From a virus (taxonomy: Duplodnaviria; Caudoviricetes), in the IMG/VR virus record IMGVR_UViG_3300011441_000003, positions 1 to 41,810 of that record: a DNA stretch of 41,810 bases; one strand, given 5' to 3'. Shown here one piece after another: positions 1 through 7,721 of the stretch. Below the pieces are notes generated by a model that saw only the letters and a list, made by a program, of their open reading frames with translations, was not told where the DNA came from and did not search any database. The position numbers and the translations under genes are program-made. Each line of letters opens with the position of its first letter. The stretch's first letter is position 1.

Positions 1-123
1 AGACGCAGCACATCGTCAAGAATCCTGGGCACTATAAGGAGGAAAATATCTTCCTAGGCGACCATCCGTCCATGCGGAGGTTGAACATTTATTGGACGAC
101 GTTGATTCCGCTGCATACGTGGG
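1..123 (+). repeat. Terminal direct repeat, copy 1 (probably assembly circular overlap)
   Basis: Identical to 41688-41810. Confidence 0.95.
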
Positions 124-278
124 TCATGACCAATCTGGACCGGGACACACGGACGATGGCGCAGCGCGTGTTCATCGGGGTCGAGAGCTTCAACACCTAC
201 CAGAATCACAAGATGTTCAGCAATCACGAGAGGGATGGGCATACGCACTTTAGTATCGGGCTTAAGTTTCTGATATGA
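1..278 (+). CDS. 3' part of the junction-spanning membrane/exported protein
   Basis: Open frame ...QTQHIVKNPGHYKEENIFLGDHPSMRRLNIYW...IGLKFLI*. Confidence 0.75.
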   Translation, partial: TQHIVKNPGHYKEENIFLGDHPSMRRLNIYWTTLIPLHTWVMTNLDRDTRTMAQRVFIGVESFNTYQNHKMFSNHERDGHTHFSIGLKFLI

Positions 279-290
279 AAGGAGTCTCGC

Positions 291-563
291 ATGATCGACT
301 TCGACGACGAAGATATGGAGATCATCCACGCCGCGCGGTTCTGCAAGCACTTCCTCATCAAGGCCAACATCCCGATGACAGATCTCAGGTGGTCGTTGAG
401 AGTCCGGGATCACGTGCTGCGTAAATGGGAGGATTTTGGATGGAAGCCTCAGAGATTGTGCGGACTTAGAGTGGTACGCATGGTGCGAATGACGCAAATA
501 GTCGAAGTGGAAGGGAGCGAAGTCCGAGGCAACGTGAGCCGTAGACTACTGTTCAAAGAATGA
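291..563 (+). CDS. Hypothetical protein (90 aa)
   Basis: AAGGAG RBS upstream; last gene of the rightward arm, converging on 546..893. Confidence 0.65.
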   Translation: MIDFDDEDMEIIHAARFCKHFLIKANIPMTDLRWSLRVRDHVLRKWEDFGWKPQRLCGLRVVRMVRMTQIVEVEGSEVRGNVSRRLLFKE

Positions 564-893
564 GTCTAAAGTTCTAAGGTCTTGGGGCGAGACTAACACG
601 CTTTCGAAGATAGAATAGGAGACTTTGATGGCATCGATCTCCACTTCTTCAAGTAGCATAGGCTCCACTTCTTTTAAGTAGGCCGGAATCTTCTCAGTAG
701 CTACTGAATTCTTACCTTCTTCGCAGTACTTCTTTATCACTTCATTCCTCCTTTCCACTACTAAGAGGTAAGAGGGCTCCAAACGCTTAGAAAGCAAGAC
801 AATCCAAGATGCAGCACGTAGCGGCATTTTATCTTGTCCTAACTTTCTTAGAACTTCAACTGCATTTAGTAATTCGCCTGCTTTTATTTTCAC
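546..893 (-). CDS. Hypothetical phage protein (115 aa)
   Basis: GTG start overlaps the ligase stop; AGGAGG upstream. Confidence 0.75.
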   Translation of the reverse strand: MKIKAGELLNAVEVLRKLGQDKMPLRAASWIVLLSKRLEPSYLLVVERRNEVIKKYCEEGKNSVATEKIPAYLKEVEPMLLEEVEIDAIKVSYSIFESVLVSPQDLRTLDSFFEQ

Positions 894-1732
894 ATATCCT
901 CCTTGTTTCGCCAGCCTAGAAAGACTGGATGGCGGGGTTTGTCCTTTACTCCAATTGGTAAGTACTTGAACTTCACTACTAAACCTAAGTGCGTCGAGCG
1001 TTGGTCCCAGATCTTTCTTCTTTCAGCATCATCAAATCCTGTTCCAATTCCAAACTCCATACCATTCCACTCCACGCGAAGTGCTCCTAGAGTATTCCGC
1101 CCTTCAAGCCCTGCCTTATGGGAGCTATGTTCTGTGTGGCCTAGGGCATTCGTAGTTGCAGGATTACCGTTGTGCATTAGTTCGTCGAAGCCTACCACGA
1201 CGCCCTCTGAATCTTCAAATCTCTTTAACTTCAGCATCCCTTGTTCGCGCAGCGTGCTGCGCCCGAACTTGTATTGGCCTTTTGGATCACGAAGAATTAC
1301 GCCTTCGTACCCCGAGTTTAGTACTTCCTCTTCGTAATGTAGAAGTTTTTCAGCGCTACTAATTTCTTTGTGCGGAAGTCTGTACTTATCCTCCACACAT
1401 TGAAGCCTGTACTGGAAAAAGTCAGTGGGAATTCTTACTTGGTCGAACACCATAAAGTGGACTGCCGGTTCTCCACTTTGGGACATTACCCCCGAGACCG
1501 TGGTGCGGTAGCAGTCCTTGGCGGTGGGATCCCCTACGATGAGTTCGCCATCGTAACCCTCTAGATGCTTGAATTTCTCCTGCACATGGAAATTTGGAAT
1601 TAACTTCCTAGAGCGGGAGAGCACTATGCCGTTCTCCACGAATGCCCTTACACCGTCTAACTTCGGGCTGGCGAGCAGGGGGTAGCGCAGAGCGTTGACA
1701 TCTTCAACAGTGGCGGCAAGCATGGGCTTCAT
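890..1732 (-). CDS. ATP-dependent DNA ligase (minimal type)
   Basis: Motif I KLDGVR, motif III DGEL, motif IV EGVILR, KLK, and OB-domain GTGFDD...PRHPVF. Confidence 0.95.
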   Translation of the reverse strand: MKPMLAATVEDVNALRYPLLASPKLDGVRAFVENGIVLSRSRKLIPNFHVQEKFKHLEGYDGELIVGDPTAKDCYRTTVSGVMSQSGEPAVHFMVFDQVRIPTDFFQYRLQCVEDKYRLPHKEISSAEKLLHYEEEVLNSGYEGVILRDPKGQYKFGRSTLREQGMLKLKRFEDSEGVVVGFDELMHNGNPATTNALGHTEHSSHKAGLEGRNTLGALRVEWNGMEFGIGTGFDDAERRKIWDQRSTHLGLVVKFKYLPIGVKDKPRHPVFLGWRNKEDM

Positions 1733-1881
1733 GTGACTTGCCCTAGAGCTTTATTGCATTCCAAAGAGCAAGCGTGCTTGTGATTCATAATGGCATCACA
1801 AAGAAGAGAATACCCACTAGCTTCGTATTCTTTCTTACAATACTCACATTTCACTATCTCTACATCTTCTTTGTATGCCAT
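1729..1881 (-). CDS. Small Cys-rich putative zinc-finger protein (50 aa, not in the ORF track)
   Basis: MAYKEDVEIVKCEYCKKEYEASGYSLLCDAIMNHKHACSLECNKALGQVT; AAGGA RBS; TGA overlaps the ligase ATG. Confidence 0.75.
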   Translation of the reverse strand: MAYKEDVEIVKCEYCKKEYEASGYSLLCDAIMNHKHACSLECNKALGQVT

Positions 1882-1901
1882 AGTGCTTCCTTAAAAAGAG
1901 T

Positions 1902-1996
1902 GGAGGGAGTCAGTACCCCGCCCTCCGGCGGGTTTAAGGGAGTCACAGAAAGCAAGAAGAGAGGCGCGGGCTTTCTGTAATCCGAACTGACTTCGG
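1902..1996 (-). ncRNA. Candidate structured RNA (three-stem junction)
   Basis: Complementary pairs 1908-1914/1986-1992, 1945-1953/1970-1978 and 1917-1922/1927-1932 in a 150-bp non-coding gap. Confidence 0.45.
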
Positions 1997-2030
1997 GTGG
2001 GGCTTCCGCGCATACTGTAGTGTACCGTGT

Positions 2031-2255
2031 CTAGCGGTCGACTGCAAAATTCTTATTAACTTCCATCAGCTTCTGAAGGAAGTGCTCTGCCTTTTTGAGA
2101 TCATCAAGTCCACCTTTAGTCCTCCAGCGCATGACGTACTTGAGAATCTGCGCCTCGAGGTAGGGTATTTCATTTGCTATCACCACGTCCCAATGTTGAA
2201 TTGGCTGTGCGTAGTGGGTTCCACCGATTTGGCGGGCGTTGGCTGCTTTTGCCAT
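2031..2255 (-). CDS. DUF3310 (SaV-like) protein
   Basis: QIGGTHY...KYVMRWRTKGGLDDLKKA signature; CAGGAG RBS. Confidence 0.85.
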   Translation of the reverse strand: MAKAANARQIGGTHYAQPIQHWDVVIANEIPYLEAQILKYVMRWRTKGGLDDLKKAEHFLQKLMEVNKNFAVDR

Positions 2256-2332
2256 TTTATCTCCTGTAACGGTTGGTCAGGACGCGCTGTGACGCGTCAA
2301 CGGTGCGTGGCTAAGGGTGCGGTATGCACTAT

Positions 2333-3262
2333 TTACCGCTCGATATACCTCTTACATGCGAGCTTCCAATCCTGAGCTTGACAAGCGTCGAATCTTGATT
2401 CTAAGATTGGCAAAGCTACCCCCTGGAAGAATGGCTCGGAGAACGGGCCGCGTTCTCCATCCACTACTCGCTCGCACTCACTTAACCACCCCCTCAGCGT
2501 TCCTTGAATTAGAGGATAGGGCTCCACTCCCACTTCCTCATAAGTCTCACAATATGGGGGCACGTCGAGGAAATGCCAGTGCCTTTCGTAGATGTGGAGG
2601 TTGTTAGTGATTTGATGCATTTGCCCCATCTTCAACCCGACTTCGTGGGCGATTAACTCAAATAAGAAACTAAAGTGGACAACATTAGACCCGAGAGCTC
2701 CCCACACTAAGTCGTTGGACCTATTACACACGGTCATGTTTAGACTGTCGCCCCTACGTCTAAAGTAGATGTGAGTATTGCATGGGATGTCTTTTGATAG
2801 ATCATTCCCCAAGTCAAGTTCGGGGCACCACATGCTGAGCACAACTCTGCGGCTCCATGAGTCTCGCTTTAGTTCTTCGCACACACGTAAGATTTGATCT
2901 AAACCGTGGCCTTTGTGGTCTGCTGGCTTGGGGCTATAGTGCCTCCAACGAAAACCGTATGCACCATGAAGTGTAGTTCCGTGTTCACTAAACTCACGCA
3001 TACGGGGGTTGTACTGTGAAATCCAGTCTACATCTCTGCGTCCTGCCATCATCCAGAGACACTCAGCGAAGTGAAAGACTGGATTTTCCTTTCTCTCCTT
3101 GCAGAATAGTACTCTGCGCTCTGGGCTCACCGTAGTGAGAATGACAGGTTCTTGGATAGTCTTTACTTTTCCGTTCCTAGATTCCTCATCAAATCCACAA
3201 ACTTTCATGGCCCATAGTGCGTCATGAAACAAAGCCCCAACATCGTTACGGATTATCTGCAT
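2333..3262 (-). CDS. Thymidylate-synthase-family enzyme, probable dUMP hydroxymethylase
   Basis: GAYGFRWR, catalytic DIPCN, RSNDLVWGALGSN (Asn at the dUMP-specificity position), NNLHIY; divergent from canonical ThyA. Confidence 0.88.
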   Translation of the reverse strand: MQIIRNDVGALFHDALWAMKVCGFDEESRNGKVKTIQEPVILTTVSPERRVLFCKERKENPVFHFAECLWMMAGRRDVDWISQYNPRMREFSEHGTTLHGAYGFRWRHYSPKPADHKGHGLDQILRVCEELKRDSWSRRVVLSMWCPELDLGNDLSKDIPCNTHIYFRRRGDSLNMTVCNRSNDLVWGALGSNVVHFSFLFELIAHEVGLKMGQMHQITNNLHIYERHWHFLDVPPYCETYEEVGVEPYPLIQGTLRGWLSECERVVDGERGPFSEPFFQGVALPILESRFDACQAQDWKLACKRYIER

Positions 3263-3422
3263 TGTCCATTTCCCTTACGGTTAATTCATTGTCTTTGGCG
3301 AACTTTTCCGCCTCTTCTTTATTGGAAAAGACCTCCACCTTCCAATCGTTGTCAATAGAAATGACAGCAGTAATTCGCCCATCTGGGTACTTAAATCTAA
3401 GTATGAGATTACCGACGGGCAT
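3246..3422 (-). CDS. Hypothetical protein (58 aa)
   Basis: MPVGNLILRFKY...; overlaps both neighbours inside the modification operon. Confidence 0.6.
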   Translation of the reverse strand: MPVGNLILRFKYPDGRITAVISIDNDWKVEVFSNKEEAEKFAKDNELTVREMDNADNP

Positions 3423-4221
3423 GATATCTCTGCTTTGGAGTTCCCTGTCCAGTATGCGCCTTCCAGTACTTACTAAACTCACAACACACGTTCTGGAAGT
3501 CCTGCATGTGGAGTGGTGTCTGCGTAATTTCAAAAACCTGCGCGTACACTTTTTGGGCAACACGCAGGAAATGTCCCTCAGGAAGGTCAGGAATGCCTGT
3601 GACCGCGCGGAGACCGCGCAGGCTACCTGGGCCTACTGCCGCCCACGTTTGCCAATCCAGGGCGCTTCTGAGGGGTTCGACGTACTTTAGATCTGCCACA
3701 ACTTGCGCCGCGAGGAAAGTCCCTAGACCCTTAAACTCCATAAGCTTTGAATGGAAATACTGAAGGGTGTCCCCCATCGTCGGACTTAGTCCCGAGCTGA
3801 AGACCTTCGTGGCGAGATCTACAATGTAATCCACTTTGTCCATGGAAACGCCACAGGTGGTGACTACATACGCAGGGTTTAGAATCTTAAGCCCGCGATC
3901 TCTACGCGCCTTAATTCGTTCACGGATATCCATGTTATTCCACAGAGCGGGGAATCCGACTTCGGCTAGGCACTCGGGGTTATTTAGTAACCGAGCAAGA
4001 ACCATAGCAGCGGTTAAGTTCTTTGATTCTTGGAATGGAATGCGCCAGTTCGCGGCTATCCATTTCGTAACCTTGTCGTCCTCACGGCATACGTTGCAGA
4101 AGCGGTAGTTCGCAAGGATAGGGTCTGAGGTCCAAGGCGGGGCAGCTCCAGCTTCCTTCTTCACACGAATAGCCTCGCGCTCAGTAATCCAATGGGCCAT
4201 CAGCTTAATTCGCCACCGCAT
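3409..4221 (-). CDS. aGPT-Pplase1 / 5-hmdU DNA kinase helical-domain family protein (HhH-glycosylase-like fold)
   Basis: PWTSDPILANYRFCNVCREDD signature, HhH-like KGLGTFLAAQVVADLKY, GPGS, QNVCCEFSKY; GAGGGGAGG RBS before ATG 4221. Confidence 0.88.
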   Translation of the reverse strand: MRWRIKLMAHWITEREAIRVKKEAGAAPPWTSDPILANYRFCNVCREDDKVTKWIAANWRIPFQESKNLTAAMVLARLLNNPECLAEVGFPALWNNMDIRERIKARRDRGLKILNPAYVVTTCGVSMDKVDYIVDLATKVFSSGLSPTMGDTLQYFHSKLMEFKGLGTFLAAQVVADLKYVEPLRSALDWQTWAAVGPGSLRGLRAVTGIPDLPEGHFLRVAQKVYAQVFEITQTPLHMQDFQNVCCEFSKYWKAHTGQGTPKQRYHARR

Positions 4222-4993
4222 GTCGCCTCCCCTCTTCGTATGCAGATTTCCATGCAATCACTACATCCTTCCTTGCTTGCCCTCCCCATGCAGTCTTTGT
4301 TTCCTTATCTACTACTCGCACGAAATCTGGAAACTTCGCTTGCAGAGTTTCAGCAGCTTTAGCCTGAACTTCCATAGTGCGATAAGTGGAGCAACCTCCC
4401 TCAGAGTTACTACCTCCTTGATTTTGCACCATCCAGTTAATGGTTAGGTGCGGCTCTCCGAGAAGTAAGAGCGAAAGTTGAACATAGAAGTCCTCCATGA
4501 CTTCCATGTCCGTGAATGAAACTCCATACTCACAGAGTTTATCTGCTCGGAAGGCTAAAGCGCGCAGGGCGCGAGTGTTAGACACGTATGCCTCAGTACG
4601 CCGATTTCCCCCCTCGCGTGGCGCGATAGCAACGTGAACGTAGTCGTTTAACTTTCTCTCCACATCCTCAATTACTCGTATAATGTCCAAGTCCGTGGGA
4701 GTGGTGAATTTAGTTGGGTCGTCATTACGACGAATAGCGAAAGTGAGGTCATCGTCTAACATCAAGAGTTTCGGATTTTCCTGACTCAGCGCCCAATCGA
4801 CAGTAAATTGCCGCGCCATTCCTATTCCTTTATAGTCAGCGGGCATCTTCAAAATCTGCGGATGTACGCTCTTATAACTTTCGTACTCCGAGCTATCTAC
4901 TACGAGCCAAACTTTCTCACGAATTACAGAGGGGAGCCCCCGAAGGGTGATCTGCCGCGTAGCTCGAGCTTTGCTTGGAATAGCAATTAGCAC
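4205..4993 (-). CDS. GT-A glycosyltransferase, TAGT/JGT/GREB1-like
   Basis: IAIPSKAR, GIGMARQ, LMLDDD (DxD), MEDF, GGCSTYRT; true start likely GTG 4993 after AAGGAGAG. Confidence 0.82.
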   Translation of the reverse strand: MLIAIPSKARATRQITLRGLPSVIREKVWLVVDSSEYESYKSVHPQILKMPADYKGIGMARQFTVDWALSQENPKLLMLDDDLTFAIRRNDDPTKFTTPTDLDIIRVIEDVERKLNDYVHVAIAPREGGNRRTEAYVSNTRALRALAFRADKLCEYGVSFTDMEVMEDFYVQLSLLLLGEPHLTINWMVQNQGGSNSEGGCSTYRTMEVQAKAAETLQAKFPDFVRVVDKETKTAWGGQARKDVVIAWKSAYEEGRRHAVAN

Positions 4994-5005
4994 AGAACTC
5001 TCCTT

Positions 5006-5032
5006 AGAAGAACTCAGCCCCGAAGGGCTGAG
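5006..5032 (-). terminator. Intrinsic terminator/attenuator
   Basis: CTCAGCCC-TTCG-GGGCTGAG followed by TTCTTCT, just after the stop of 5038..5385. Confidence 0.8.
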
Positions 5033-5037
5033 GGTAA

Positions 5038-5385
5038 TTACTCCGCTGCGGGAACGCCTTCGCCGGCCTTCTTCGCTCTTGCTTTCTTTTCCACCATCTT
5101 CGGGGTGTAGCCCGCGATGGTGATGTATCCACGCGCCGAATCCCACGCCAGATCACCGTAAGTGCCGCCGAGACCAATGAAGTCTCCTACGGTGGCTGAG
5201 GCATTGTAGAATTCGAAACGGGCGTGCGACTTGCTGCTAGCACGCTTCGGATTGGCCGGAACATTCAGCGTCAGAACCGCAGCCTTGTCGAAGTTCTTGC
5301 TGGTTCGGTCACGCGGCGTGCCTTCTGGTTCCGCCTTTACCTTCTTGCCTTTCTTGGGCTTCACTTCTTGTACGTCTTCGCTCAT
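5038..5385 (-). CDS. Small basic putative DNA-binding protein (115 aa)
   Basis: Lys-rich tails around the core NPKRASSKSHARF...GG..GDLAWD..RGYI; strong RBS, own promoter and terminator. Confidence 0.75.
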   Translation of the reverse strand: MSEDVQEVKPKKGKKVKAEPEGTPRDRTSKNFDKAAVLTLNVPANPKRASSKSHARFEFYNASATVGDFIGLGGTYGDLAWDSARGYITIAGYTPKMVEKKARAKKAGEGVPAAE

Positions 5386-5427
5386 TTCATTCTCCTTGAA
5401 AGATTGATGGGCTGTACTGCAAGATTC

Positions 5428-5456
5428 AGTATGCCATAGGTCTAGTTGGAAAGCAA
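5428..5456 (-). promoter_or_regulatory. Sigma70-type promoter
   Basis: TTGCTT-N17-CATACT. Confidence 0.65.
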
Positions 5457-6845
5457 GGTTTTTCGCTGGAACGTAGTCAATCGCTGCATAAAGTTCGCCT
5501 GTGTTTTATCTTTAGAGTTGAGAGTTTCAATTACTGTCTCATCGAGTGTATCGTTAGCCACTATGCGGTACACTATGACGTGTTGAGCTTTCTGCCCCTG
5601 CCGGTACACGCGACGAATGGCTTGATCATAATACTCAAGATTCCACGTTAAACCGTACCAGCACACGCGGGAACAATTCTCCTGGAGATTCAATCCATGG
5701 CCCATAGATGCTGGATGTCCTATAAGGACTGGAAGTGCTCCGTTGTTGAAAGCTTCGATGTACTCCAGGCTTTTCTTAGTCGAAGTTCCACCGCCGATTA
5801 CCGGAGCGTTAGGAAACGACACTTTCATACATTGATAATCATGTTCAAATTCATAGAGTACGAGTAGGGGTTGTCCCTGAAGTTCCTCTACTAAGTCTTC
5901 TAAAGCTTCCAACTTCGCTTTATGAATTTGATGGAAAGTACGCGCTCCTGTTCCGGGTAGGGGCTCGCCGCTGTAAAGAGCTCCATTAGCGATTTGCCTA
6001 CACTTTCCCCCAGCTACCGCCGCGTTCGCAGCCACGATCTTCTCACTTTGAATTTCCGTTATGAATTGATCTTCTACTTCCCTGTAGATTTTACGGGCAG
6101 AAGAGGGAAGCTCTACTACTATGTCCTTAAAAATCAACTCCGGCATCTCCAACCAATCTTCAGCTTTCAATCTAAGGATCATAGGATTGATGCGCGCAGC
6201 TATTAAATCATGACTTCCCAGCTTTGGTCTCCACTCGTAGCCTCCATAACCCGATGGAAAGAAGTATGTTTGGCGGTAATGAGTGACAAAACGTCCAAGC
6301 GCGTTTCCTTGATCTAAGATGTAAATTTGCCCAAAGAGGTCAAGAAGGCCGTTAGGCGTAGGTGTGCCAGTCAGTATCCAACGTCGAGCGAAAGAATTAA
6401 GCATTAAACGCAGAGCTTTGAAACGCTTCGAAGTCGCATTCTTAAACTTCGTACTTTCATCGACGCAGAGTATGTCAGCTCCTATACGTTTCCAACGCCC
6501 CTCTTCATGAAGCCACGCTACAGCATCGGGATTGATAAGGAAAACGTCAGCTTCAGCATCTAGCATTTCTTCTTTGTCTGGGCCATGTACGATGGCGTAA
6601 GTAAGTCCTTCGAAATCCTTCCACTTTTTCAACTCAGAAGGCCATGTCGCCACCATTGGACGAAGGGGTGTAATCACTAAGAGGCGACGATTTATGCCCT
6701 TGTTCTTCAGTATGGTGAAGGCGCACAAAGCTATAGATGTCTTTCCAAGGCCAGGATCTAAGAAAAGCCCTCCGCAGCCTTGAGAAATGAGCAACTTAAC
6801 CGCGTCTTTCTGGTAGCCCCTCGCGGGCCAGAATTTCCTTTCCAT
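5442..6845 (-). CDS. SNF2-family helicase
   Basis: DPGLGKT, VDES, LTGTP, GHGLNLQ, QAIRRVYRQGQ; start uncertain (6845 or 6932). Confidence 0.93.
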   Translation of the reverse strand: MERKFWPARGYQKDAVKLLISQGCGGLFLDPGLGKTSIALCAFTILKNKGINRRLLVITPLRPMVATWPSELKKWKDFEGLTYAIVHGPDKEEMLDAEADVFLINPDAVAWLHEEGRWKRIGADILCVDESTKFKNATSKRFKALRLMLNSFARRWILTGTPTPNGLLDLFGQIYILDQGNALGRFVTHYRQTYFFPSGYGGYEWRPKLGSHDLIAARINPMILRLKAEDWLEMPELIFKDIVVELPSSARKIYREVEDQFITEIQSEKIVAANAAVAGGKCRQIANGALYSGEPLPGTGARTFHQIHKAKLEALEDLVEELQGQPLLVLYEFEHDYQCMKVSFPNAPVIGGGTSTKKSLEYIEAFNNGALPVLIGHPASMGHGLNLQENCSRVCWYGLTWNLEYYDQAIRRVYRQGQKAQHVIVYRIVANDTLDETVIETLNSKDKTQANFMQRLTTFQRKTLLSN

Positions 6846-7098
6846 GATTGGCGTTGTCACAGACAAAAACTTCGTAACCCCTCGCTCTAAGCTCTCCGTG
6901 GACGTAGGCTTGCAAAGCTCTTGCATTTTCATTTACCCTCTTAAATTCTATGAGTACAGGTTTCCCACCTACGGGGAAGAATATACGGTCAGGCCAACCC
7001 CTCCGCCCTAAGATGTTAAGCTTAATCTGAAGTCCGCCGCGCTTAGTCCACCAATCTACCACGTTCTTTTCAGTTTCTTTCTCTAAGCGACTTGACAT
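6796..7098 (-). CDS. VRR-NUC domain nuclease
   Basis: GWPDRIF...LIEFKR...LQ motif, next to the SNF2 helicase. Confidence 0.88.
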   Translation of the reverse strand: MSSRLEKETEKNVVDWWTKRGGLQIKLNILGRRGWPDRIFFPVGGKPVLIEFKRVNENARALQAYVHGELRARGYEVFVCDNANHGKEILAREGLPERRG

Positions 7099-7721
7099 GG
7101 CCCTCCCTTTTCTCTAGAGAAAGTACACCAGCGACAATGTACTCCTGGACGTGGGCTGAAGAAAGTGTCTTGGAGCATAGGTTTCGCTGCTTCTTTCCAG
7201 TACTCTTGCTCAGCAGTTAAGTCTTCGCGCGCCAGTTCTGAACTCTGCGCGTGGTCTTGATCTGCGTAGATCGTTTCAATCTTAGCACGCTGCACTCCTG
7301 GGAACATGGAGAGGGCAAGGACTAAGTATAGGCGACGTTGATTTACATGGTCGTCATACACTTTGCCAGTCTTCCACTCCCCCATGTTTATTTCTTCAAC
7401 CGCACATCGAAAAGCGTCGACTACTCCACGAACCCACGCAGTGGGATCTTTCCACTCAACGGGTTCCCACTCCGAATTCAACGCAATTCGCATTTCCGCA
7501 ACGTAAGTCTGCGCCCGCATGTCCTCAGCTTTAAGACGCGTAAATTCCCGAATGTTACCACTCCACTTCCCGGTGGCGAGATAGGACTCGAGTTGTGCGT
7601 GAATATCTGTTCCACGCGCTGCGGCAGGGCCAGCAGGGTCAGCTCTCTGCTCCACCACTCGGAACTTATACGCCGTGGGGCATTTCTTATAGAGGTTATA
7701 CTGGCTAAGACTCCAAGGCAT
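7083..7721 (-). CDS. Cas4/RecB-like PD-(D/E)XK exonuclease with probable Fe-S cluster
   Basis: N-terminal CP, RGTDIH, GVVD...EWKTG, C-terminal CRWC...C. Confidence 0.88.
   Translation of the reverse strand: MPWSLSQYNLYKKCPTAYKFRVVEQRADPAGPAAARGTDIHAQLESYLATGKWSGNIREFTRLKAEDMRAQTYVAEMRIALNSEWEPVEWKDPTAWVRGVVDAFRCAVEEINMGEWKTGKVYDDHVNQRRLYLVLALSMFPGVQRAKIETIYADQDHAQSSELAREDLTAEQEYWKEAAKPMLQDTFFSPRPGVHCRWCTFSREKGGPCQVA

Noticed and set aside
1-123. Biological terminal repeat of the virion DNA
   Set aside because: It falls in the middle of an ORF and has the size of an assembler overlap. True ends are more plausible near 17.4-18.2 kb.
1882-2030. tRNA gene
   Set aside because: No cloverleaf, T-loop GTTCRA or properly placed acceptor stem on either strand.
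4994-5146. N-terminal extension of the glycosyltransferase in the ORF track
   Set aside because: It overlaps the upstream gene and terminator. A strong RBS precedes GTG 4993, where the GT-A first strand begins.
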